Shown here piece by piece: positions 45,901-54,800 of a stretch of 64,000 bases of DNA. The stretch's first letter is position 1. Every line of letters begins with the position of its first letter. A model generated the notes under the pieces. It did no database searches and was not told the DNA's origin. It worked only from the letters and a program-made list of their open reading frames with translations. The position numbers and the translations under genes were made by a program. Source of the stretch: a virus; IMG/VR virus record IMGVR_UViG_3300027969_000058, positions 32,001-96,000 of that record; one strand, 5' to 3'.

Positions 45901-48900
45901 ACAGCACTGTCAACATATATGAACAACTGGCTAATTACCACTGTAGATTCAATCTCTACAGCAGCATTGTCAACATAGTTGAATCTCTGTTCAATAGCAG
46001 TAGTAGCAGCCAACTCTATGAATGAACTATCTTGAACGTTACTTGTGTATTCAATGCTCTGTATGTCTACCAGTGCCAACACAGCACTATCAGCAAATAC
46101 ATACGCTAATGATATTACAGTTGTGGCTGCTATTTCAACAGCAATTGTATCAGCATAACTAACTTTCTGTTCAATAACAGTAGTGGCAGTTAAGTCTAAG
46201 AATGAACTGTCTTCAATGTTACTGATGTATTCGATACTGTGAATATCTACAACAGCAAGGGTAGCACTATCAGCAAATACATATGCCAATGATATAACAG
46301 TTGTTGCGTCTATCTCTACCGCAGTTGTATCAGCATAATTGAATCGCTGTTCAATAGCAGTGGTAGCGGCAAGTTCAAGTCCTACAGTATTATCAAGTTC
46401 AGTTATGTACTCAATTGATTGTATATCTACAACAGCAAGATTGGCGCTGTCAACATAGTTGAATCTTTGTTTGACTGTGTCAGTGGCTGTGATCTCTACA
46501 GCAGTAGTATCAATATAACTAATCTTCTGTTCAATAGCAGTGGTAGCGGCGAGATCTAAGAATGAACTATCTTGAACGTTACTCGAGTAGGCAATACTCT
46601 GTATATCTACCAAGGCCAATACAGCACTGCTGTTAATTGTAACTATTCGTGTTACTACATCAGTAGCGGCAAATTCACAGAACTCTATATCATCAAAATT
46701 ACGTTTAGATGATGTAGATACAATATCAACTAATGCCAATACAGCACTGTCTGCAATAGTAACTACTCGCTTGACTGCGGCAGTGGCTGTGATCTCAAGT
46801 GCTAACGTATTGGCAATCACACTGGCTAACGAAGTAGCATCACTATCAGCAATCACCACTGTGGCCGTGCTATCAAAGACAAAACGTTGTTCAACAACAG
46901 TTGTTGCTGTTAACTCAAGTGCTACGTTATTATTAACGTTGCTGGCTATCTCAACACTTTGTATATCAACAATGGCTAAGTTGGCTGTGTTAACAACTCC
47001 ACGTGTTGAACTTGTTACAGAACTATCAGATACTGCTAATGCAGCTTCTGTAGCATAGACTCTTATTTTACTTACTACATCAGTAGCCGCAAGTTCAATT
47101 GCTACATCATTATCAACGTTGCTGGCTATTTCATTGCTGACAATATCTACCAGAGCCAACACAGCAGTGCTATTAATAGCACGGATGCGTTTAACAGTGG
47201 TTGTTGCCGCAATCTCAAGTTCTACTGTGTTGTCAATATTTCTCTTTACTTCAGTGCTTTGAATATCAACTACAGCCAATACCGCAGTTTCATCCAGTAC
47301 AACAATCTGTTTGACTGTTGAGGTTGCGTTAAGTTCAAGATCAGTTACGCTGACTAATACAAATAGTTTAATTACTACAGCCGATGCCGCAATTTCAATA
47401 GCAACTGTATCATCAATGACAGTTACATATTTGACTACGTCAGTAACACCCATTTCAAGTGCTATGGTATTATCAAGTTCAGTGATGTACTCAATTGATT
47501 GTATGTCAACAACAGCCAATACCGCAGTGCTGTTAATTGCATAAACGTGTTTGATTACATCTGTAACTACAAATTCACTGAACTCTACATCATTGATATT
47601 ATGTTTAGATGACGTAGATACAATATCAACTAATGCCAATGTGACAGAGTCGTCAAGTACAACAATTTGTTTAACCGCTGAAGTAATACCAAGTTCTATT
47701 GATCCAACTGTGATACGTGACAGCGATCGTTTCTCAACTGCTGTTGCTGTAATTTCTACAGCAATCGTATCATCAATAACAGTTACGTACTTGACTACGT
47801 CAGTGACACCTATTTCAAGTGCTACGGTGTTGTCAAGTTCAGTGATGTACTCGATACTTTGTATATCAACTACAGCCAATACAGCAGTGCTATTGATTAC
47901 TGATACTTGTTTGATTACATCAGTGATTATGAATTCACAGAATTCTACATCATTAATGTTGTGTTTAGATGACGTAGATACAATGTCTACCAATGCTAAC
48001 TCAGCATCGTCATCAACAATGAATATCTGTTGAATTGCTGAAGTAATACCAAGTTCTATTGATCCAACTGTGATACGTGACAGCGATCGTTTCTCAACTG
48101 CTGATGCTGTAACCTCAAGTGCTGTTGTTTCAACTGACGTAACCACATGGGCAATAACATCAGTTACAGCAACTTCCAGTGCTATGGTATTGTCAATCTC
48201 TGTTGAGTATTCAATGCTCTGTATATCTACCAGGGCCAACACGGCAGTGGCAATACGTGCAAATACTCGTTTCTCAACTGCGGTTGCTGTAATCTCAAGT
48301 GCTGTTGTTTCAACTGATGTAACCACATAGGCAACGGCATCAGTAACACCCATTTCAAGTGCTATGGTATTATCAAGTTCAGTGATGTACTCAATTGATT
48401 GTACGTCAACAACAGCCAATACCGCAGTGCTGACAATTGCGTAAGCATGTTTGATTACATCAGTAACTTCGAATTCAAAGAATTCTACATCGGCAAAGTT
48501 GCGTTTAGATGACGTAGATACAATATCAACTAATGCCAATACAGCATCGTCGTCAACAATGAATCTCTGCTGTATTAATGAAGTTGCAGTAATTTCAAGT
48601 GGTGCTGTGGCAATACGTGCAAATACTCGTTTCTCAACTGTGGTTGCCGCAATCTCAAGTGCTGTTGTTTCAACTGATTTGAATACTGCGGTTACCACAT
48701 CAGTAACAGCAAGTTCAAGTGCTATGGTATTATCAAGTTCAGTGATGTACTCAATTGATTGTATATCAACCAGAGCCAATACCGCAGTATCGTCAAATAC
48801 TCTAACATACTTAACTACTTCGTTTCTATTAACTTCTAAAGGTATTGTAGCAACATTGTTACTGACTATGCTGTTAGATGTTACACCAAATATCTTGTAC

Positions 48901-51851
48901 GGACGCGGTGTTATTACAACACTATTAGAAACTATGCTGTTTGATGCCGTAGCGCCAAGTTCAACACTGCCTGTTGAACTACGTGCAAATACACGTTTCT
49001 CAACTGCTGTTGCCGCTAACTCAATGAATACCGCATTACCAGTGAATACTATAGTTCTGCTAATTACAGATGTTACACCAAAGGCCAATGCCACTGTGTT
49101 ATTAACATTGCTGGCTATCTCAACTGATTGTATATCAACAACAGCAAGGTTGGCAGTGGTTACAACAGCAAATGATCTCTTAACAACTGATGTTGCTTCA
49201 ATTTCAAGCGCAACGGTATTCTCTTTAACAAATCTAACCTTGGTAGCATCAATGTCTACTACTGCCAAGTTGGCAGTGCTTACAACATTGACTATCTGCT
49301 TGACAGTGGTTGTGGCAGCAATCTCATTATTGAAAGTGCTGGACAACGTAAACGACTTACTTACTTGAGTTGTTGCCGATAGGTTAACTGCTGCCGTAGC
49401 AGTGTTCTCACTTCTTATGGTATTGGCAGTTGTGCCGGCAACATTCAGTGCAGTTGTTGTGATACGTTCATAGCCACGTGTTACTACCGATGTGGCAGCA
49501 ACTTCAATTGCACCAACAGTGATGCGAGACATTGAACGTCTTTCAAGTGCGGTGGCTGCAATCTCAAGTGCTAATGTATTCTCTCTAACAAATCTAACTT
49601 TAGTAGCATCAATATCTACCACTGCCAAGTTGGCTGTACTTGCAACATTAACTATGCGTTTGAATGTAGTTGTGGCAGCAATCTCATTGTTAACTGTGCT
49701 TGATACTACATATGGTTTAATTACAATAGCACTGGCTGATACTACCAATGCTGTTGTAGTCGAAACAACGACTTTTCTTTGAACTGCGGTAGTAGCACTG
49801 ATTGCCAACGCCGCTGTAGAAGCAACTTTGACTATACGCTTGTTTGTAGAAGTGGCAGCAATTTCCAACGGCAATACTGTGATACGTGATAGCGATCGTC
49901 TTTCAACTGAACTGGCTGCGATTTCAATAGGTGCTGTTGAACTACGTGCAAATGCTCGTTTTACTACAGAAGTTGCTGCTACTTGCAATGCGGTTGTAGT
50001 GACAAATGCTGTTGTTTTCTTAATTGTGAACGTGGCAGCAATTTCAATTGGTGCTGTTGCACTACGTGCATATACTCGTTTTATTACAGAAGTGGCTGCA
50101 ATTTCAAGTGCTAACGTATTTGCTCTTGCAAGTATAACTTTGGTAGCATCAATATCTACTACAGCAAGATTGGCTGCGCTTACAACGTTGACTATCTGTT
50201 TAAACTCACTTGCGGCAGTGATTTCTAACGGGCAAACAGTAGCATTTAAGAAGATTGGACTTGGCAGTATGTCTACTGATTCTGCTGTGATAAACAACTT
50301 TGCTTTTGTTACAAGGGCAAAGAATGGTTGAGGATATTCTGAGGCTGTGTAATGTAACTCTGTAATGGCCGCAGTTGATATAGGACCAACTGGAATTGGC
50401 ACACCACGTTCAGGGTCTGCACTTGGGAACGCATAGTGTACTTCATCACATCTAATGGTCAGTACTGCTGGATCTGTTACATTTAGCCTTACTGCATCAC
50501 GTTTAACTACAACATCTACACTGTCAATAACATACTGTAGTGTTAGGTCAACTGGAACAATAAATCTTCTGCGCTCAACAAATACAGCATCAATGTTTAA
50601 TGGAGCAGGGTCTCTGTTCCAATGATTGAACTGATGGCCAATGAACTGCTCTTGGGCAATTGAGTTAACTGATATAGGACCAACAGGAACGCCTGGACTT
50701 CGTTGTGCATCCGAACCTTGGAACAAGTAATGTAATTCAGTAACTGCTACATTGAGAGTAATTGTATCAACAACATTTAATCTTACTGCTTCACGATAGA
50801 CTGCTGTGCCCGTTAATCCAAGTTGTAAAGGTGCCAGTTCACTATTGAATCCTCTTATACTCTCTTGAACAGTTGCATCACCAATAATGAACGGAGCAGG
50901 ATCTCTATTCCAATGGACGTTTTGATAGCCAATGAACTGCTCTTGGGCAATTGAGTTAACTGATATAGGACCAAATGGTATACCTGGACTTATTGTTCTG
51001 TCTGGGTCAGCAAAGAAATAGTTTAGTTCATTGACTACCAGATCAAGAGCAATTGTATCGATAACATTTAATCTAATGGCATCTCGTTTATAGGCAAAGA
51101 AAGTTACACCAATTTGTAAAGGTGCTACTTCGTAATTGAATCCTCTTACACGTTTTTCAACCGCAGAGCCGCCTATTTCTAATTCTGCAGGTTCTCTATT
51201 CCAACGAACATTTTGATATCCAATGAACTGTTCTTGTGCAATAGAGTTAATTGATACGGGACCAAATGGTATACCTGGACTGATTGTTCTATCTGGATCA
51301 GCAAAGAAGTAATGTAATTCAGTAAATTGAACATTGAGAGCAATGGTATCATTGACTCTTAATCTAATGGCTTCACGATAAACAGCAGTGCCAGTTAGAT
51401 TAATTTGTAAAGGTGCAACTTCGTAATTGTATCCTTTTACACGTTTTTCAACAGCAGATGCGCCAATAACGAATTCTGCAGGATCTCTATTCCAATGTGT
51501 GTTCTGATATCCAATGAATTGCTCATCACCGAGAGTGTTAACTGATATTGGTCCGAGAGGAATACCTGGAGCAACTGTTATTTGCTCCGGAGTTAGTTTA
51601 TTAAACTCGTAGGCAACGCCGGACTCGCCAGCATACATTACTGCTGGAGAGATATAAACGTGTCTATTGGAAGTTGTAGCAGTAACGTTTACTACAAGAG
51701 GCGCGGATTCTGTAAAGAACTCACGTAGTGCGTAACGGACTGTAACTACGTCCGTGCCGCCTATTTCTAATTCTGCAAAATAAACAGTAAAGGCATCTGG
51801 TTCTGTAGCTAAAGGAGATTCAGCAACTGTGCTTTGTGATATCGCTGACAC
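42981..51851 (-). CDS. Giant (2956 aa) beta-repeat fibre-like virion protein
   Basis: AGGAGG SD before GTG; V/I/A/T/D/S-rich tandem repeats; lies in the tail gene block. Confidence 0.85.
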   Translation of the reverse strand: MSAISQSTVAESPLATEPDAFTVYFAELEIGGTDVVTVRYALREFFTESAPLVVNVTATTSNRHVYISPAVMYAGESGVAYEFNKLTPEQITVAPGIPLGPISVNTLGDEQFIGYQNTHWNRDPAEFVIGASAVEKRVKGYNYEVAPLQINLTGTAVYREAIRLRVNDTIALNVQFTELHYFFADPDRTISPGIPFGPVSINSIAQEQFIGYQNVRWNREPAELEIGGSAVEKRVRGFNYEVAPLQIGVTFFAYKRDAIRLNVIDTIALDLVVNELNYFFADPDRTISPGIPFGPISVNSIAQEQFIGYQNVHWNRDPAPFIIGDATVQESIRGFNSELAPLQLGLTGTAVYREAVRLNVVDTITLNVAVTELHYLFQGSDAQRSPGVPVGPISVNSIAQEQFIGHQFNHWNRDPAPLNIDAVFVERRRFIVPVDLTLQYVIDSVDVVVKRDAVRLNVTDPAVLTIRCDEVHYAFPSADPERGVPIPVGPISTAAITELHYTASEYPQPFFALVTKAKLFITAESVDILPSPIFLNATVCPLEITAASEFKQIVNVVSAANLAVVDIDATKVILARANTLALEIAATSVIKRVYARSATAPIEIAATFTIKKTTAFVTTTALQVAATSVVKRAFARSSTAPIEIAASSVERRSLSRITVLPLEIAATSTNKRIVKVASTAALAISATTAVQRKVVVSTTTALVVSASAIVIKPYVVSSTVNNEIAATTTFKRIVNVASTANLAVVDIDATKVRFVRENTLALEIAATALERRSMSRITVGAIEVAATSVVTRGYERITTTALNVAGTTANTIRSENTATAAVNLSATTQVSKSFTLSSTFNNEIAATTTVKQIVNVVSTANLAVVDIDATKVRFVKENTVALEIEATSVVKRSFAVVTTANLAVVDIQSVEIASNVNNTVALAFGVTSVISRTIVFTGNAVFIELAATAVEKRVFARSSTGSVELGATASNSIVSNSVVITPRPYKIFGVTSNSIVSNNVATIPLEVNRNEVVKYVRVFDDTAVLALVDIQSIEYITELDNTIALELAVTDVVTAVFKSVETTALEIAATTVEKRVFARIATAPLEITATSLIQQRFIVDDDAVLALVDIVSTSSKRNFADVEFFEFEVTDVIKHAYAIVSTAVLAVVDVQSIEYITELDNTIALEMGVTDAVAYVVTSVETTALEITATAVEKRVFARIATAVLALVDIQSIEYSTEIDNTIALEVAVTDVIAHVVTSVETTALEVTASAVEKRSLSRITVGSIELGITSAIQQIFIVDDDAELALVDIVSTSSKHNINDVEFCEFIITDVIKQVSVINSTAVLAVVDIQSIEYITELDNTVALEIGVTDVVKYVTVIDDTIAVEITATAVEKRSLSRITVGSIELGITSAVKQIVVLDDSVTLALVDIVSTSSKHNINDVEFSEFVVTDVIKHVYAINSTAVLAVVDIQSIEYITELDNTIALEMGVTDVVKYVTVIDDTVAIEIAASAVVIKLFVLVSVTDLELNATSTVKQIVVLDETAVLAVVDIQSTEVKRNIDNTVELEIAATTTVKRIRAINSTAVLALVDIVSNEIASNVDNDVAIELAATDVVSKIRVYATEAALAVSDSSVTSSTRGVVNTANLAIVDIQSVEIASNVNNNVALELTATTVVEQRFVFDSTATVVIADSDATSLASVIANTLALEITATAAVKRVVTIADSAVLALVDIVSTSSKRNFDDIEFCEFAATDVVTRIVTINSSAVLALVDIQSIAYSSNVQDSSFLDLAATTAIEQKISYIDTTAVEITATDTVKQRFNYVDSANLAVVDIQSIEYITELDNTVGLELAATTAIEQRFNYADTTAVEIDATTVISLAYVFADSATLAVVDIHSIEYISNIEDSSFLDLTATTVIEQKVSYADTIAVEIAATTVISLAYVFADSAVLALVDIQSIEYTSNVQDSSFIELAATTAIEQRFNYVDNAAVEIESTVVISQLFIYVDSAVLALVDIQSIEYTSNVQDSSFLDLAATEAVEQRFNYVDSTALEIDATTVVSLAYVFADSAVLAVVDIVSNEITSTVQDSSFLDLAATEAVEQRFNYVDSANTEIAATTVISLAYVFADSAVLALVDIQSIEYTSNVQDSSFLDLTATDAIIKVSNIADSADIEITSTFTTSAIYAVDDSAVLALVDIQSIEYITELDNTIALDMGVNEAIEQRFNYVDTTDLEIESTVVISNAYSFSDNAVLAVVDIVSNEITSNVQDSSFLDLAATEAIEQRFNYVDSTALEIDATVVISKSFSIDDTAVLALVDIVSNEITSNVDTVQFFELAATDTIQQIFVVDNTVDVELDADVVVKLVHVYYDTAVLAVVDIVSNEITSNVETIQFFELAATAIEKRIFNYPESADLDLYDKAIKVRLAVPQVPFEYAKIGDTADVVLAGEDRSDGQPGDVAALLKAIEDKVFAPNRGQRLLIDGSPFVYYGTISDIVVEEQPDSSYTITISVSDALNGPTDGPYVTGTGLLLDNTNVTDLGIVQIHNLGAEFGYIADIGATGDNAITSFVVSDADVEVAAEDLIQLIFNYVDTSDSEIDATVLISRAVNVVDSAVLAVVDIVSTEITSDVETVQFVELVAEDIVIQSYNVVNISDNEIAAEVQVSIVYAYDDSANLAVVDIVSTEITSNVETVQFVELVAEDIVIQSFNVVDVSNNEVDADVQVAVVYSYTDTTNLAVVDIVSNEITSNVETVQFVELVAEEAIVQIFNFVDTTALVFDADVQVAVIISVASTSDNELSSVASNTIISNNVNDAVLAVITIFSTSVKYNFNDIPFVTYNIDTAIEQIFNFVEVFSVNQLGAEVATSMTMAVSNVTVSDLMAEASNTIVSNIVQDPTINITADYLTQSSRSDINSSYVDLDLIDNLGVTRMYYPVNHVGDIMGYSFTKGYTLFKQEYSNEPASLKLGGESGEVRVIAGSGSSKQIWIG
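43300..50250 (-). repeat. Degenerate 20-aa tandem units, often in 40/60-aa super-repeats
   Basis: e.g. ADSAVLALVDIQSIEYTSNV/QDSSFLDLAATEAVEQRFNY/VDSTALEIDATTVVSLAYVF; boundaries approximate. Confidence 0.85.
50380..51580 (-). repeat. About four 97-aa (291-nt) repeats
   Basis: PGIPFGPISVNSIAQEQFIGYQN.HWNRDPA recurs; DNA copies at ~50968 and ~51259 are 291 nt apart. Confidence 0.85.
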
Positions 51852-51866
51852 AGCAGCCTACCTCCT

Positions 51867-54800
51867 TTATGCTTGTGATTCAGACCATGTAATACGAGCC
51901 GAACAGTTAAATGGTACTGTAGCGTTAACCTCTGAAGTGTTAATAACTTTAATTGCCAGTGTTAGTACGTCAGGTCCATTTGGAAACACTCCGTCGCCGC
52001 CTAAGATACAATTACCCATGTCAGTAATCTGGCTTAGATCCACGTTGGTAACATTGTTCAAACGTTTAGTACCAACACCACCAGATTGTCCACCACCTTG
52101 TGCTCTAAAACTGAATATCTTAGTACCACCAACTACAGTGTCTCCCACTGTGTGGTTAACCAAGTTACTCAATGAAGGTGATGTAACTTTCTGCCAGTTA
52201 ATATTACTTAAACTCGGATTTAGAATCAAGTTAATTTCACAATCATGTGTCAACACCATACCAGCCTGCTGTAACTGCAATTGCATACGGTTGATAATAT
52301 CGCGTTCACCAATGTTACCAGTAACACCGTTGTCAACTGACGGAGACAATCGAATACTAATCAATGGAATATCACTAAACAATAGACCGGCTGTGTCACC
52401 AGCGGCCGGTGTACCAATGTTAACCACTACACCACTGCCAACAACTGGATAGCCTGTTGGGAACGAGTTCTGCGTTGCATAGTATATGCGCACAAGATAG
52501 TTACTGCCTGAATACTGCGCTTGGTTAACCGTCTGTCCTTTCAGTTGATTGTCAGCCGTGTATAGCGGAGTACCAGTACTAAACTTGGCAGCATCACTTG
52601 TGGCAAAACTTAACTGTACAAACCAATCATAATTACGCTTGGTTTGATTGTAAACATAAATCAACGAACTGGCTTGGTTAGTTGTTGCTGTGGCAGTCTG
52701 TCCATTGGTAAATGTCAATGTATCGCTGGCAGCAGTAAACAAGTAGGCCTTGTCATCGTCAAATCTACCATCCATAATAACTGAAGTACCCCAGTGGAAT
52801 AGTTTAGGTTGATATGTTGCTACGCCTGTGTTTTCAACTTCGTAACGTGCAGGAATGTTACCAGAACGCATATAAGCCTCTGTTTCCTTGTTGTTATGAA
52901 TAAACTCATGTACATAGATCACGTGACCGTATGTGTCTTTAAATCCAAAGCGGATCTTACCAGCACCGTACCATGAATAGTCCATATAGGCCATCTGAAT
53001 CTTGGTCTTGTCAAGCAAGAAATTACTTGGTCCGTTGCCGTCGCAAATGTCAATGTTCCATTGACTTTGTGGTATTTTAAGATCGAAAGTCTTAGTAACA
53101 ATAACACCACTTGCTGATGCACCTTTGTACTTAGGCTGAATGATCATGTTGTCTTTACCAGTAATAGCAATGACCTTGTAAGTCTGTCCTCGTAGTACAA
53201 CTCTGTCGCCCGCCGCCACCTGTCCAACGAAGTTGGTGTTAGTGCCAAGAACTATGTTGCTATCCTTGCTGCAGGTAACCGTACCGCTTAACTGATTTGT
53301 ACTGTTTCTTCTTACTGCATACAGAACTTGTCCGTCAAAGGCAAAATAAAAACCGTTTTGGAAGTCAAACATACCGCAACGTGTTTCAGCGTTCTGCCAT
53401 CCGTCAATAGTGAATTGTATTGTGCCACCTGGGGAAATAGTTGTAGGAATATTGGCCAATGAATACTGGAAGGAGAATGCATCAAACACTTGACAAACAG
53501 TTTGGGAACCATTGTACTCGCCGGCTGATGAACCACTAACTGTAATTCTTGATCCTGCTGGTATACCATGTGGATATTTGGTAGTAATCAGTGCTGCCTT
53601 AGTTACTGACAATGCAGTCTTGGCTGCACCAATTGCTGTGGCAGCGGCCTGGATGCCGGCAGTGGCCCAAGCGTAAGTTGGTGCTGTCCGTGTGTAACTG
53701 GCAAGTCCTGCTGTAACACCCAGATTAACCACGTCTGTGGTAAGTTGTACAAGATTCTGTACAATGGTAGCATCACCGGAACTTGCATTATTACCAGTAG
53801 TTACCTGCGCTGTAACGTTACCAGCACTCCGTGTTACTGATGCACCTTGTACAATCTGTCCTACAATAACTTTCAGTCTGTTATAAGCAGCCACTGTGGC
53901 AACTTTGTGTGATGCGGCAATACCTGTAGTAGAACCATCGCCGTTACCCAGCGCATAGTCAAAGAATTTTGCCTGTGTATAGTTGGCAAAGTTTCCGCCA
54001 TACAATATGTCAAAGCAAAGAGCACGTACAGCATACTTAATGTCACGTGTACATTTTGCCACGTTGTGGTCTGCACTTGGATAAGTCACAGCAACATAGG
54101 CATTGATTTCATCTTCAATAAACGTCAAGTTGGCCAGCAATTTATCCTTGGCAGCAATTTGACTGGTAGTTGCTGTGCTGGGATTAGCAAATGTAGGATT
54201 GCTGGCCGCAGTTCTACCATTGGTCAAGCAGGTTGTTATCTCTGTGAAATAAGCATTGATTCTTGAGATAGCAGTGGCATCTGCAGCCACTTGCGTCAAT
54301 GCTAATATTTCTGCCTTGGCTCTTAGAATACGAGCAGTAACTACAGGACTCAAAAACTTTGAATTGGTTTCTGCAATACCATTAAACACACCAAAGTATG
54401 TTGAACCAGTGGCTATGTCATATTGAGCACCGTCAACAATGTAGCCAATGTCACGTTCGCACTTGACGTCTGTAATGGCTGCCATTGTTTCCACTGGAAT
54501 AGGTGGATTAAAGTTAATGGCCAAACTGATCTGAATACCTTTACCAGACTGGTAACGGAAATACTTACGTGTTTGACGCACAATTTGACTGTTTGGCGCT
54601 GTTCCTGCTTGTATTTCAACACCACCGTCGAATGGTCGGTGATTAGTAGCACCGTCAGGTCTTACGTAGACCTTAGTTGGAATTAAGTGTGTTGTAGTGG
54701 CCGCGGTAAATGTACAAGGCGTTGTCAATGCCAATGAAGTATCACTGACCACACTGCTGATTGTAAATGGTAACAATGAGCCTGGTGTTGAGTTATTGTT

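Noticed and set aside
43624-52452. Many long plus-strand ORFs opposite the giant genes (e.g. 48451..49368, 51829..52452)
   Set aside because: Antisense shadows caused by codon bias in repetitive V/A/T/D-rich genes; no SD or promoter support.
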